A stretch of 64,000 bases of DNA from Octopus vulgaris. Its lineage: Eukaryota. Shown here one piece after another: positions 29,841-42,212 of this stretch; position 1 is the first letter of the stretch, and each line of letters begins with the position of its first letter. The position numbers and the translations under genes are program-made. Where the stretch lies: positions 38,688,001 through 38,752,000 of the forward strand of contig OX597815.1 in assembly GCA_951406725.2 (NCBI GenBank), in the 5' to 3' direction. The notes below the pieces were generated by a model. That model was not told where the DNA came from. It searched no databases and was given only the letters and a program-made list of their open reading frames with translations.

Positions 29841-30173
29841 AATATTTTTATGTGTGTAATATTATAGAAAATATATTCAGACGATATTTTAGTCCGTAAC
29901 GTTGAAGAACGCAAAATATATTTCTTGCTGTTACCACCATTGCTTAAAATGTATTCACGGATTAGCATTTAGGAATACTTCTTGTTTCACAGCAAACCTA
30001 AGCTGATTATTATTTTTTTTTTTGTATTTGTATTTTGTATCTATGCGTATGCTTTTTGAAGTGTTTGAGGAATGAAAATATCTTTATGGGTAAAGTCACT
30101 AAGTATTACATCTATGCTATTGTCAATTACATACAGTGTGATAAACATAATGGTTTTTGTTTTCAATTTACAG

Positions 30174-30599
30174 ATATGACCAGATACAACAGATCGTATT
30201 TATGGAAGAAGGCCAAGCACGTTTATATGATTTAAAGCCAGTCTCTTGTCAAAATGTTCATATTATATCACCTAATAATAAATCGTACGTAAGCAATTAT
30301 TGCAGTACCAATTCACAGGAATTTCCCCTTTCTACTGAACAAAATGTAATGAAACCGTCTTATATTGATCAGAGTCAGACAGTCTTTCCTCGATCTGAGC
30401 TCAAAAAAAAACTGTCCAACAGTTTAGCTTCTGGTTTGAATGAAAGCTTATATAGTAGCAGTGACAGTTATATTTTCCACAGCAACAATTCTCTTTCAGA
30501 GACGACATATTCAGAATTTGAGCCAAGAAGACGCAGGACTGCATCGTTATCAAATATTGAATATGAAAGGAGAATGGATTGTCGTAAAAATCAAAAAAG
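30174..30599 (+). CDS. Coding exon of the host gene
   Basis: tttacag acceptor and AG|GTAAAT donor, phase 2 in and out. ORF 30157..30603 (YDQIQQIVF...RRRTASL...NQK). Confidence 0.85.
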
Positions 30600-31574
30600 G
30601 TAAATATAAAAAGACATAACATAAGTATATTGAAATTATTTTAGAGTGAAATTTACATATTTTCATGAAAAAAAAATAATTACGCCGATTTCTGCATACT
30701 CATATGTAGTGTTTACAAGAGTTACTAGTAAGGATGGTAGTTCAAATCTAAGCTTCCAGCTAACCATAGTCATGTGAGGACTAATGATTTTATTTATATG
30801 TATCATCATGACAAATTACAAATAAGACTCACACCAACTTCTGCAATCTTAACTCAAATGTAGTGTCTATAAATGTTACTAGTTCGGGATGTAAGCTTCC
30901 AGCAAACTGGACATGATATTATTTCGGTCAGCAGTTGAAGTTATTTAACTTCCCTTAAGTTTTTATTTTCAATTAATGTCCAGTTCATATTTTTGCCTCT
31001 TAAAATATTTCTTCTATATGACTTGTCAATCAGAATGAGGAAAACTAACTTAGCCCTGATAATATTGAATTAAGGATATAGAGAAGTTACTCGGCTGCTT
31101 TACCATTTATACCACGAGTGCCCAATTATAGTATATCAGTTTTACGGAATTATTCCTGGCAAGCAGAAATAGTTAATATAAGTTAAGTCGTTCTGCTTTT
31201 CTTACATTTTCTCGATGAAAAACATTACCATTTTACATACGTTTTAAGACTTTGTAACTCTTTCTGGAAAATCAAAATGCTCCAATCTCATATTTGTCTC
31301 TTCGGTAAAACTATCGTTCCTTATGTCAAGTGAAATGCTTCTCAGCAGCTGAAATGTTGATTATTTATTCAGGCAGTAGATCTTTAGGAAAGGAAAAAAA
31401 TATATTAGGGTATTTTTAATACTTTATGAATGGAATGCGAAACAAATGCATAAAAATGGCTACAGATTCAATAGAGACCTGGATGGGAATCTTTTCTGAA
31501 GTAGTTAGAAAAATGGAAATATAATGGTCAAACGTTCGTACTTTTTTGGAAGTTGGTAGTGACCTATCTTTTAT

Positions 31575-31775
31575 CTTTTACTTGCTTCAGTCGTTAGACT
31601 GCAGCCATGCTGAAGCACCACCTTGGAGGGTTTTAGTCGAACAAATCAACCCCAGGACTTTTATTTAAACACCGGTTGTCAAGCGGTGGTGGTGGACAAA
31701 CACAGACATAAATACATGCGCACGCGCGACGGGTTTCTATGCAGCGGGGCTGAACCCAGAACTATGTGATTGGGA
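31575..31775 (-). mobile_element. Partial SINE family 1 copy
   Basis: Reverse-complement match to the SINE tail and part of the head. Confidence 0.6.
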
Positions 31776-34700
31776 AATTAAATTAATTTCGACAGGGAAT
31801 AAAACAGGGCGGTGATTTGTATCTAAATCAATCTAACGCATGCTCTTCGGCGTTCAATATTTGCTAAACTATTAAACATCACGATCTGCTGGGAATTGAT
31901 TTGAAGGCGTGAACAACCTGAAATATAGTTTTAAATACACTCAGTTGAAACATTCTCAATATGAAAAGTGTGATATCAACCTTAATGTGATCCTGTAATT
32001 TTATTTAATAGCGTGAAATATCTTGAAATCTTGCCGCTATAATTTCACTGTAAGTTATGAAATTACAATTAATGGAAACGGTTAATAGCATTAAAGGATG
32101 AATATTACTTTTAAATCTGGTAATAATTTATTGAAATTATCGTATCATAAATAAAAATATTTTAAAGTGTGTTTCTATACTATATGCAATATTTTTACTC
32201 TCGTTATTAAATGTCTGTACTTTATTAAATATTATGTTTGTATGATGAATTATATTATGATTTATGCTGATGAATATTATACATCTAGTTGTTGATAACC
32301 GGACGCATGCAAGCATGTGTAGCTAAGAACTTCCATCCAAAACCGCATGATAATTTATTCAAATGATAAAATATAAAATATGTTTTTATAACATGCAATA
32401 TTTTTTTAGCCATTATTAGAGTTTGTACTTTATTAAATATTCTTTCGAGAGAGGAATAATATTATGATTTACGCCGATGAATATTAAATTTCTTTTCCTG
32501 GCTAGCATGTAGCTAAGAATTTCTTTTCTAAACCACATGACCAACGTAAGCCAATCTACAAAATAGGTACTTAAGCAATACATGAGATTCTTTGATGCAC
32601 CAGCAAATTAGTTTGGGATTTAAAAGACGTGATCTTTTAGGCCAATAAGAGAGGTGATGATGGTTAGGAAAGAGCAAACGTCAACACAACCTGTCTTCAA
32701 TAACACAACGCTTAAATTACCTTACATGATTACCACACTAACACAACACACACATACACACACACGCACGCACACACATCTATCAGTGACTTAAGTCCTC
32801 ATGCAAAAATCAATTATTTACATACACATACATACGCACACGTCTGCCTATTTCACACAAAATATATGTACACACTCCTGAAAACATATATAACAGATTA
32901 TACCTTCATACAATTTACATTAACTTCTTTTGTGAACTCCTGATACTGAACTCAACTGTCTCATAAAATTTTAGACTTCTTATAAGTGCATGTGGATTAA
33001 CGGGTCTCTTTTTTCATCTTTTATTCCCCCACCCAACTCCTTCTTTCCGATGAAGAGAAGATAAGTCCAAAAGTCAAAAATTTTTTCTATCACAAATTCG
33101 ACATCAAACCAATAGAATATTTTATCTGATATGCTGTGTTGTTCTTATGCTTTGATTAGGTGTGTATTTCATGGACACGTCTTACGCTGCTGTAGATTAG
33201 CGAAAAATGAGACAAAATAAAAATTGAACTTTGTACTACAGGTTCAGCCTGGAATGTACAGATATTCCCTTGTCACTCTTGCCAATGCAAATACAGTGAA
33301 TTAGTGATTCGCCAGCAGGAAAACAGGAAGTCAGTGATGCTCCTCACGGTAGATTACGATATAAAATTAATAATGATACATAGTGATATAACTATATACA
33401 GTGCTTAATTAATTATTGGTGACATTTACCTTTATTTTAAAAAATATGAATCAGTATTTCAGAAATCTTAAGAATTTCATGAAATATTAAACTTTTCTGT
33501 GCTTTCGAAATGCATGGCTTACTTTAAAATTCAAAATTTTTCAAATATACAAGGCTTCCATTTCAGATGAAATATTTTAGTATCTTACAGAATTTTTTAA
33601 CTAGTTACTTAACAAATTTAAGCAAATGATAAAAATCTGCAGAAAATTCACAGGTCCCTATATAAAGCATCTATATGTTTTTTCTTAGGTAAGCTTCATT
33701 GGTCTGAATTACAGTCAGGTTTTTCAGCTAAGATAAAACCCAAGAATGATTCCAAAAATCCTTATTTCTATTTCTGAGAACTAAAAGAACTGATGCATGT
33801 ACATTTACGTGCAGCAAAGCACAGCAATGAAACACTGTTAAATGAATTGATTGTGCTACCATGTTTAATTTCTAGGTTATATCGTTTCTAATAAATAAAA
33901 CAAAATAAATATCGGTTGTTGGAATTGCTCGAAAAATCTGGAATATACGAAGAATGGTGAGAAAATTAAATATTCGGTAATTTGTTCCACAAATTTTAAA
34001 GAATTTAAATAAATATAAAAGATGTGAAACATTATGAGCAATACAAATAAAATTTCTCATTATATGGTATCTAGGAGATATTTGTTAAGAACAGAAGCAA
34101 TGACAACAATTTCTAAATTATATTAATGAAAATGGAGGAAAACATATCTTAGTTGTGTCTTGAAAGTAAAATATTTTTTTCCGTCATAGATCGCAGTTAA
34201 ACTCAAATTCAATACTTTCATCAGTAACGTTATTAAATATATTCCTGAAAGCGTGTGTGTGTGTTTTTTTTTTCAAGGTTTTACAACACATTCTGAATAA
34301 TTAAAATTTGTCTAATTTCTGATAAAGGACATTAGAACAATGCAAATGGTTGGAAATAATGGATACTGATTGCAAAGAAAATATAACGAGTCTTAAATAA
34401 ATTCTAGCTACAGATTTGTTGGACAGAAAAAGCTTAGCCACCGACAATATATCATGATAAATTTGTGTGAGGATGAAATCAGTTGCTTTCAGGTTAAAAG
34501 CAGGGGAAATTGTATTAATGAGAATCAGAATTTAGGAAGCTATGATTAACAAACCAAACACAGTGAAAGGGATTATTCTCATACTAATTTATTGAATCGT
34601 GATATGTAAGGTATTAGTACCGAAAATAATGCTAAAGTGTTTACTAAGAGCAGAAAACAAATAGATTCCAACAATTTACAGTTACTCCGGTAACAATCAC

Positions 34701-35717
34701 ATGAACTGCGAATTATTCTAAATAGCATTTGGCTTTTGCTAACAAGCGAAACATGTGTTCATGACTTCATAATTTGATTCATATCACAACTTCGAATTTC
34801 TGTTTGTATATTTCAATGTAATGATAGAGTTGAATATATCTTAGTTTTTCTTTCCATTCCCTTATCTAAATACCAGAAAGTTTATTCTGTGTTGTTCTTG
34901 GAAGCTGCTATACAATTATTATATCGAAGTAAGCATCATCTACGGCATATTCTTCTAAAATAGAAATGAAATATCCATAAACATGTTATATAGTGGTCGA
35001 TGCATATTGTTTAGTCTAAAATATTCAAGAGAGATGGATTTCTTATGTTTCCATGGAGAATATATTAAACTGTATAGCGATCTATTACTAGATTTACTGT
35101 TATAGTCAGCGTTTTATGCTATTATCAAATTCTGCAATGCATTTATACTATCGCAACTATGGCGATACGGCTACAGAAATATTTTTCTGATGCCTTCTCT
35201 GCCATATGGCTAAAATCTGTTTCATCAGATTTAACCAATATAGGGACAAAATTTATATGCCCCTTTATTTTCTTCAGAGCGGAGCATTGAGATAAACTAT
35301 AAATATTTCAAGAGGAAATTTCATTCAATTTATTTTTGTCGTATCGGTAGCGATTAAATACTTAAGAGTATCTGAAAGCCACAATGTCTCAATAAAATGG
35401 CTAGGAACAATAAGGATTCGCAATGGTGACGTCATCCACTATTTTAGTCCTTCCTTTTAAGAAGAAATGTATCAGTAATTTTAGAACGTTTCAGAAAGTA
35501 CAAAAAAAATGCATTGGACAATATTTCCAACTTTTCAAACCGTTGACATTGTTTTTCGAAATATTAGCAGATTTGTATTTACTCCTGAACTAGTAGATAC
35601 AAGAAATGATAAGGTGGATAAATACTGTAAACTACGATCGTTTTTCCATTTTAAATCGCTTTTGTTGCAAAAGGTGCAAAAATATGAACACTCGAAGATA
35701 CATACTTATGTATATAG

Positions 35718-35756
<39 letters not shown>

Positions 35757-35989
35757 CACGCACACACAAACAAACACACACAAACATACATATATAGAAC
35801 CACATAGCGATAGAATCCAGCACCAAAGGGCAAAAGAAGCAAATATTAAACAAAGCTTCCAAATGATCAATATATCCATATTATCATGTTAATGTTATTA
35901 CATAAATTGAAACTTAGAGCATTCAGTTACAGAAATATATTTTGTTATAGTCAACATATTTCAATGAGATCTTTTTTTATTATTTCCAG

Positions 35990-36198
35990 ATCAAGAATAT
36001 CAGTATTCTTTGACAAATTGCAACGAAAAAAGAAGCCATCAATACTTGCGAATGATGTAGATGTACCAACTCACTTCAGAGTAATTGGACGCATATTAGA
36101 GATGTGCTTAGATGGTACGCGCATCATTGAGTTGACGCAGCCACCTCATGGCCTTTGCGGTATTTACATGACGCGTGTTAAACACAATCTTGGCTATA
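35990..36198 (+). CDS. Coding exon of the host gene, start of the PDZ domain
   Basis: tttccag acceptor and GTAAGT donor at 36199, phase 2 in and phase 1 out. Encodes IGRILEMCLDGTRIIELTQPPHGLCGIYM. Confidence 0.88.
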
Positions 36199-38011
36199 GT
36201 AAGTTATAAATTGTATTATTGTTAATTTTATGTAATTCTGATTCAATCACAAATGGCAAAAGAGAAAGCATTGTTCTCGTAAATTTAATTAGCATTCGGA
36301 AATATTGAAGAATGTTTAAGCTATTACTGAGATTAGCTACTTCGAAATAGGTCTAATTAAAGCGATTATTTTACATCCTAAATATAGTTGGATGTTAATA
36401 TTTCTAATAAAGAAAAGCAAGGTAAGTATCTACAACTGATGTATCGTCAGAATAAGAACCTAAAGAAAAGAACTTATAATTGAGATTGAGGGTAAAACCA
36501 CAATATTAAAAACAAAAAAATATCAATAGATCAGAGTGAAGCTGATGATAAAGTTTGAAGTATTACTGGCGCAGAAATGTTTTGGAAGTCTTTCGGCAAA
36601 GGGAAGTTTTCGATCAAATTTTTATTCTGGATTTAAATCAGATTTTCAGTTGATGGAACAGTACTTTGTGTGTGGTAGGCATTATGGAGTTATAAGGATT
36701 TGGGTGTGAAATTGAAGATATGATAGGGAATATTCGGAATCTAAAATCATTTACAATTTGCTGATCAATAGAAGTATTCATAAAGAAAATGAATTTGAGA
36801 GATGCACGCATTGTAAAACGAATGCTGAACTCACAACTTACGTAATTGAAGGCCGTGGAACCTATATCAGAAATTCTACTTAAAATATATGTGCAAGTGG
36901 TCACTATGCTTGCATTAGAAATCTTGATCCTAGAATAACGGGAAATGTTTACATATGTATGTAATATCCTCCATTATTGAAGAAAGAAGATTGAGAATAA
37001 GACGGGTAATTACTACATAATTAGAAAGAGGTTTGTGTCAGGCGAAAAATTATAGTCTTTCTATATATAATTTGAGGAAGATGCAAAGGCATTTAAGAGA
37101 TACGTTCATGAAATTATTGTATAGAAATACAGAGCAAGTAAATGCAAAATGTGTTGGGTATCTACTGTCTGGAGGATACAAGATATCCAATAGTTCTCTG
37201 ATGAGACATTATCACAAATAATCAGTAACAATACATGTTTTCACAAAAGAACTGTGTACCCAACCATAACAAAATGTGACTTGTCTTTATTGAACAACAC
37301 AGTAAAAGAGTAAATTTCGACTAAGATATTCTGCAGAACGTTCTAGAAAACAGCTAGCAAAAATATTTCTGGATTCCATTGTTTAAACGAACAAACGCAT
37401 TAATATCCATTTTATCAATGCAAAACAAGCAGTAAGCTATCAATTTATTATACACGAGATTAGATTAGATCAAAGCCCTCAAGTAAACGGAAGACGTGTG
37501 AGACTAGTAATATTTGATCATGAGGATGAATGACTAAAAACCTTCTATTCTACGGCCAACACAATACTCAAATATTTCTTACGAAAATGGTTAATATCCT
37601 AAATTGCCACTGACATACGTTTTCAAACCTGGTGACGAAAATAATTTTCTCGGCTTTCTGGAGTCAGCTTTTACATTGCGATTGTTTAAACTACGTATTA
37701 TATTGGCATGGCATGAATGTGAATATAAAGAATGATTAGGATTTTAAGTCTTTGTTACCATAGAGATAAAAAACAAAATGATTAGAAATACTGTATTCAG
37801 CAAAACTGAAAGCGTAATCCAACAGAATACATACACTATCTACATAAAAACAGAATGGAAATAGTTTGCATTTTAGTATCTAGAGTAAGATATACGAGTA
37901 TTCGCAACGTTCAAAATTTTGAAAACACTTTTTCGATAATGTTTGTGTTAAATATAAAATCTTTGCCAGGGTATCTTTGTCATCTTTTAATTTTATACTT
38001 TTGTCTTCCAG

Positions 38012-38211
38012 GTATATATGTATCACGATTTAGTGATGGTTATCCTGCTAAAATGTTTGCAGGTCTTTTAAGCATCGGTGATGAAATACTTGAAATCAAT
38101 GGCATAACCACAGGTTGCATGACTGTAGAAGATGCACATGATATGGTTGCATCATGTGATAAACTCATACTTCGAGTCTTACCAAATAGAAATGCATACA
38201 GAACGACTTAA
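38012..38211 (+). CDS. Terminal coding exon, second half of the PDZ domain; protein resembles the KIAA1614-type C-terminal PDZ family
   Basis: cttccag acceptor, phase 1. IYVSRFSDGYPAKMFAGLLSIGDEILEING...LILRVLP is a PDZ signature; TAA stop at 38209-38211. The KIAA1614 similarity is from recall, not a search. Confidence 0.88.
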
Positions 38212-38660
38212 TGTGAAATTGTTTCCACAGAACTGATATTGTAAATACATTGACTTAGTCATGGACACAGAGTATTGGCGAGAGAGAAGAAAAGTGACAA
38301 CCAACGAGAATGAGCGAAAACGAAAGTCATTGTCAAGAATAATGTATATTTGTTTTTCCTACAATTGCTCTAGGGACACATTTTTGTATATGTAGCAGAA
38401 ATATATTCATTGACTAATGTCATTGTAAATATTCAGCATCATATTTCTCAGGCTGCAACCCAGGAGAATATAAATAAATTTTATTGTGTACATATACTTT
38501 ATATTTTATTTTTTCGTTTTACAAAATTCACTCAGATGATATAAATCCTGCACATAATTAGAGATAATTTTCAATATTGGACATCCAATATTATGACATT
38601 TAACGTTCTTCTTGCTCGACATTGATGGTGCTATAATATTCAGTAATAAATATTATAAAG
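38212..38660 (+). promoter_or_regulatory. Probable 3' UTR with candidate poly(A) signals
   Basis: AATAAA near 38474 and 38645, with U-rich sequence downstream. Confidence 0.4.
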
Positions 38661-39226
38661 CTTTAGCGACTAAATCATTCTCTCTTCCTCTTCCTTTTCT
38701 TTCTTTCTCCTAAAATACCCAATATGTAATTATTATGAGGCTTCCAGAAGCAAAAAAAGGTAGAGAACTCTGAATCCCAGATTCACTAATCTGATCGTAT
38801 TAACCAACCTCAGACCATTGGATGTAAAATTCATGAGAGGCTAAAAAGATCTACATACGATATGCTTCTAAATGTGATCCGTATCTTTCTGCACCTGTCC
38901 TTTTCACACCGTGAAGCATCGATGACAAAGGGGGTGATGATTAACATTGGCAATTCAAAATACTCTAATGCAGGACCAACAGCATAAAACCATGAAAAAT
39001 AGTTAAAGAAACTTCATATGAGTATGTTAGCGGTAGACTGGCAGAGCCTTAAGTGCTGGATAGATTACGACGTGGTATTTGTTCCAGCATTTCGCGTGAA
39101 GTGTTTAAATCCCACAAAGATCAACTTTTGTTTTCATCCTTTCCTTGTGGTATTTGTTCCGGTTGTGTGCATTCTGCGTTCACCTCTCGCCATGGTTGAT
39201 ATGGGTAATACGTTTATTCTGTCACT

Positions 39227-40727
39227 TACGAGGGGTGTTGAAAAGTTCCTGGCTTTGAGTAATAGAAAATACAGGAGGATCAATTAATCATGATTTTCTT
39301 CTCAGATTCACGCACTTACGAGGGGCGTTCAATAAGTAATGCCCCTGACCCACTTCCCATAGCAGTAGAGCAACGAAACTTGGCACAGTTATTAGTCTTT
39401 TTCTACATAGAAACCACCCAGAGTTACGCATTTCTCCCATCATTTGATGCAGCTCTGGAGACCGTTTTTGTAGAAGACCCCAGCTTGGTCCTCCAACCAC
39501 GACCTAACTTCAGAAATCAAGGCTGCATCATCTGGGAAACGCTTTCCTTTCAAAAACAACTTCATTGCTGGGAAGAGGTGAAAATCCGAGGGTGCAAGGT
39601 CAAAAGAGTAGGGGCATGGGGGAGGAGTTCATAGCTGCACGCCTGTGCTTCTGATCTGGAGACCATCAAGTTGTGGACCGGAGCGTTGTCCTGCAGGAGG
39701 AGGATGCCTTTGCTGATCTTGCCCCGCCTCTTGATTTTGATAGCTTCTCTTAATTTCCTCAAAAGAGAAGCATAATAGGCTCCTGTAATTGTGGTACCCT
39801 TTGTCAGGAAATCTGTCATCACTACTCCGTCCTGGTCCCAGAAGACTATGAGCATGACCTTGCTAGTGGAGGGCTGCACCCTTGCCTTCTTTGGAGGAGG
39901 TGAGTCATGGTGCTTCCACTGCATTGACTGGGCTTTTGTCTCTGGATCATAGTGATGGACCCAGGTTTCATCCTGTGTAATCAGTCTTTTGAAAAATGTT
40001 GACTCATCTTCTTGGCACATCTCCAAATTCATCCTCAAGCACTCGACGCGTTCTTGCTTCCGGAAAGGTGTGAGCAACCTGGGAATCCATCTGGAAGACA
40101 CTTTTTGCATATGCAAATGGTCATGAATGATTGGTTTCCATAGACCCGGTACTAATCTTAACCTCATGGGCTATTTGGCGAATAGTTATGCATCGATCTT
40201 CCAAAATGGCAGCCTCAACTTGATGGACAGATGCCTCATCAATAGCAGTAGGGAGGCGACCAGATCTGGGAGCTGTTTCCACAGAGTTCCGAACAAGTTT
40301 GAATTCACAATGCCAGCGTTTTACAAGGTCATATGATGGGGCATCATCACCATAAGTTACTTTATTTCATCAAAAGTCTCCCGTGGTGTGCGTCCTTCCA
40401 AATATAAAAAGCGGATCACTGCCCGACACTCAACAGGCTCCATTTCACACTTGACTCAGTTCAAACACCTGTAAATCAGAAACCGCAATTAATTCAGAGC
40501 TGTAATTTGCTACTTATTCTATAGAGATATAAATAATTGCACATGCAAAATTTCAGCTAGATCAAACAATTGCAAGTGGGTCAGAGGCATTACTTATTGA
40601 ACGCCCCTCGTATTACAGAGGTCCTCCAATGTTTTCTAAGCCATGTAAAAGAACTCAGAAATGTGGGCCTCCAGTCAGACCTTTCCCGATACTCTTAAAG
40701 GCAGGAACTTTTCAGCACCCCTTCGTA
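39227..40727. mobile_element. Outer mariner-derived MITE, split by the nested mariner
   Basis: TIRs TA-CGAGGGGTGTTGAAAAGTTCCTGGCTTT and AAAGGCAGGAACTTTTCAGCACCCCTTCG-TA. Confidence 0.75.
39317..40612 (-). mobile_element. Mariner transposon, ~1.3 kb, frameshifted transposase
   Basis: TIRs CGAGGGGCGTTCAATAAGTAATGCC.CTGACCCACTT with TA flanks; ORF 39562..40167 with WIPRLL, ITQDETWVHHYDPE and LLQDNAPVH. Confidence 0.92.
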
Positions 40728-41146
40728 CTTTCACGCCACCACCTCAAACCTTAAGTGCTTTTAGTAGATGTAATTTTATTACAAGCATTTGGACCAGATC
40801 TCCGGGTTGAGAATACCATTGCTCTTCCGTACCCACTGCCTCAAAGGCCCTGTGACAGGTCATGAACACTCCTTACTAAATTATGAAAAATAAAAGATTA
40901 AAAATATATATAATTCATACAAAGGTAATTCCTAATATATCAAATAAAACATGACTGATTTTGAAAGAATAAGACACTGGAGCAGATGTTTTACTTTATA
41001 TTTCTACATTCTTCTACATCAAAGTTAAATTTGTCTTTCATTCATCTTATTCGTACGAATAAAATACTACTAACACACCTATCCACGTACAAATAAAGTC
41101 CTTCTTGCTTTCTGAAACAAATAAAAGCAAAAACAGACACAACTCA

Positions 41147-41450
41147 GACATGGCTCCATGGTTAAGAATCTCTCTGCAACCAGACGGTTTGTGGTTCAGT
41201 CTCAAGGTATGGCACCTTCGGCAATTGTCTTCTACTATAGCCTCTGTCTCAGCAATGTCTTGTGGGTTAACTATGTGGAAAGAAATTGTGTGGAAATCCA
41301 TTGTATATGAGCGTATGTGTGTCTATGTATTGTGGATGTGTGTCTTTGCGTTTTTGTTTTGTTTCCTTCTACGGTTTCACAATCGTTGTTGGTTTCTTTA
41401 AACCCCCTCAAGCTACTGGTTTGGCCAAAGTGATCGATAAAATAAGGTAA
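41147..41450 (+). mobile_element. Degenerate SINE family 1 copy
   Basis: GGTTCAGTCTC...GCACCTTCGGCAATTGTCTTCTACTATAGCCTC. Confidence 0.6.
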
Positions 41451-41665
41451 CCTTCAATGCAGTGCCCAAATAAGGTCGTCGTCTTCTTCTTCTTCTTCTT
41501 CTTCTTCTTCTTCTTCTTCTTCTTCTTCTTCTTCTTCTTCTTCTTCTTCTTCTTCTTCTTCTTCTTCTTCTCCTTCTTCTTCTTAATTGGTGCCTTAACT
41601 TTCTTGAATTGTCACAATTTAGTTTCAAACTGCGCCAGAAGCTATCTCATGCATTTGGTAGTTTC

Positions 41666-41730
<65 letters not shown>

Positions 41731-41764
41731 GATGACGATGATGATAATAATAATAATAATAATA

Positions 41765-42190
41765 ATAATTTTTCGGTTCCCTTCTTGATCATTCCTAGTG
41801 CTCCTACGATCACTGGTATTGTAACCGCCTTGAGATGCCACATTTTCTCAATGCGGTTACAATACCAGTGATCGTAGGAGCACTAGGAATGATCAAGAAG
41901 GGAACCGAAAATTATATGAGAATGATCCCTGGCTTACCATCCCTGCAAGAAGTGCAAAAGATTGTCTTAACTGGTACATCACACGTATTGAGAAGAGCAT
42001 TGTCGATGTGAGAACTGTTGCTGCTCATGTATTTTAATTTAACATTAAAAAAAAAAATTTTTTTTAAATGAACGAACTACTGAGTTTGGTTTAATGGCCT
42101 ACCAATGTATACTATGAGTTTCTTTGCCCTAGGAGTCGGTAAGACACTCGGCAAGAAATGGAAGCAAATTTGAAAGAAGAAAAAAAAAAG
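41765..42190 (+). mobile_element. 5'-truncated family C element with inverted 5' segment
   Basis: 41765-41828 is the reverse complement of 41853-41915; then AVTIPVIVGALG...LSM* plus 3' UTR. Confidence 0.9.
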
Positions 42191-42212
42191 TAATAATAAT
42201 AATAATAATAAT

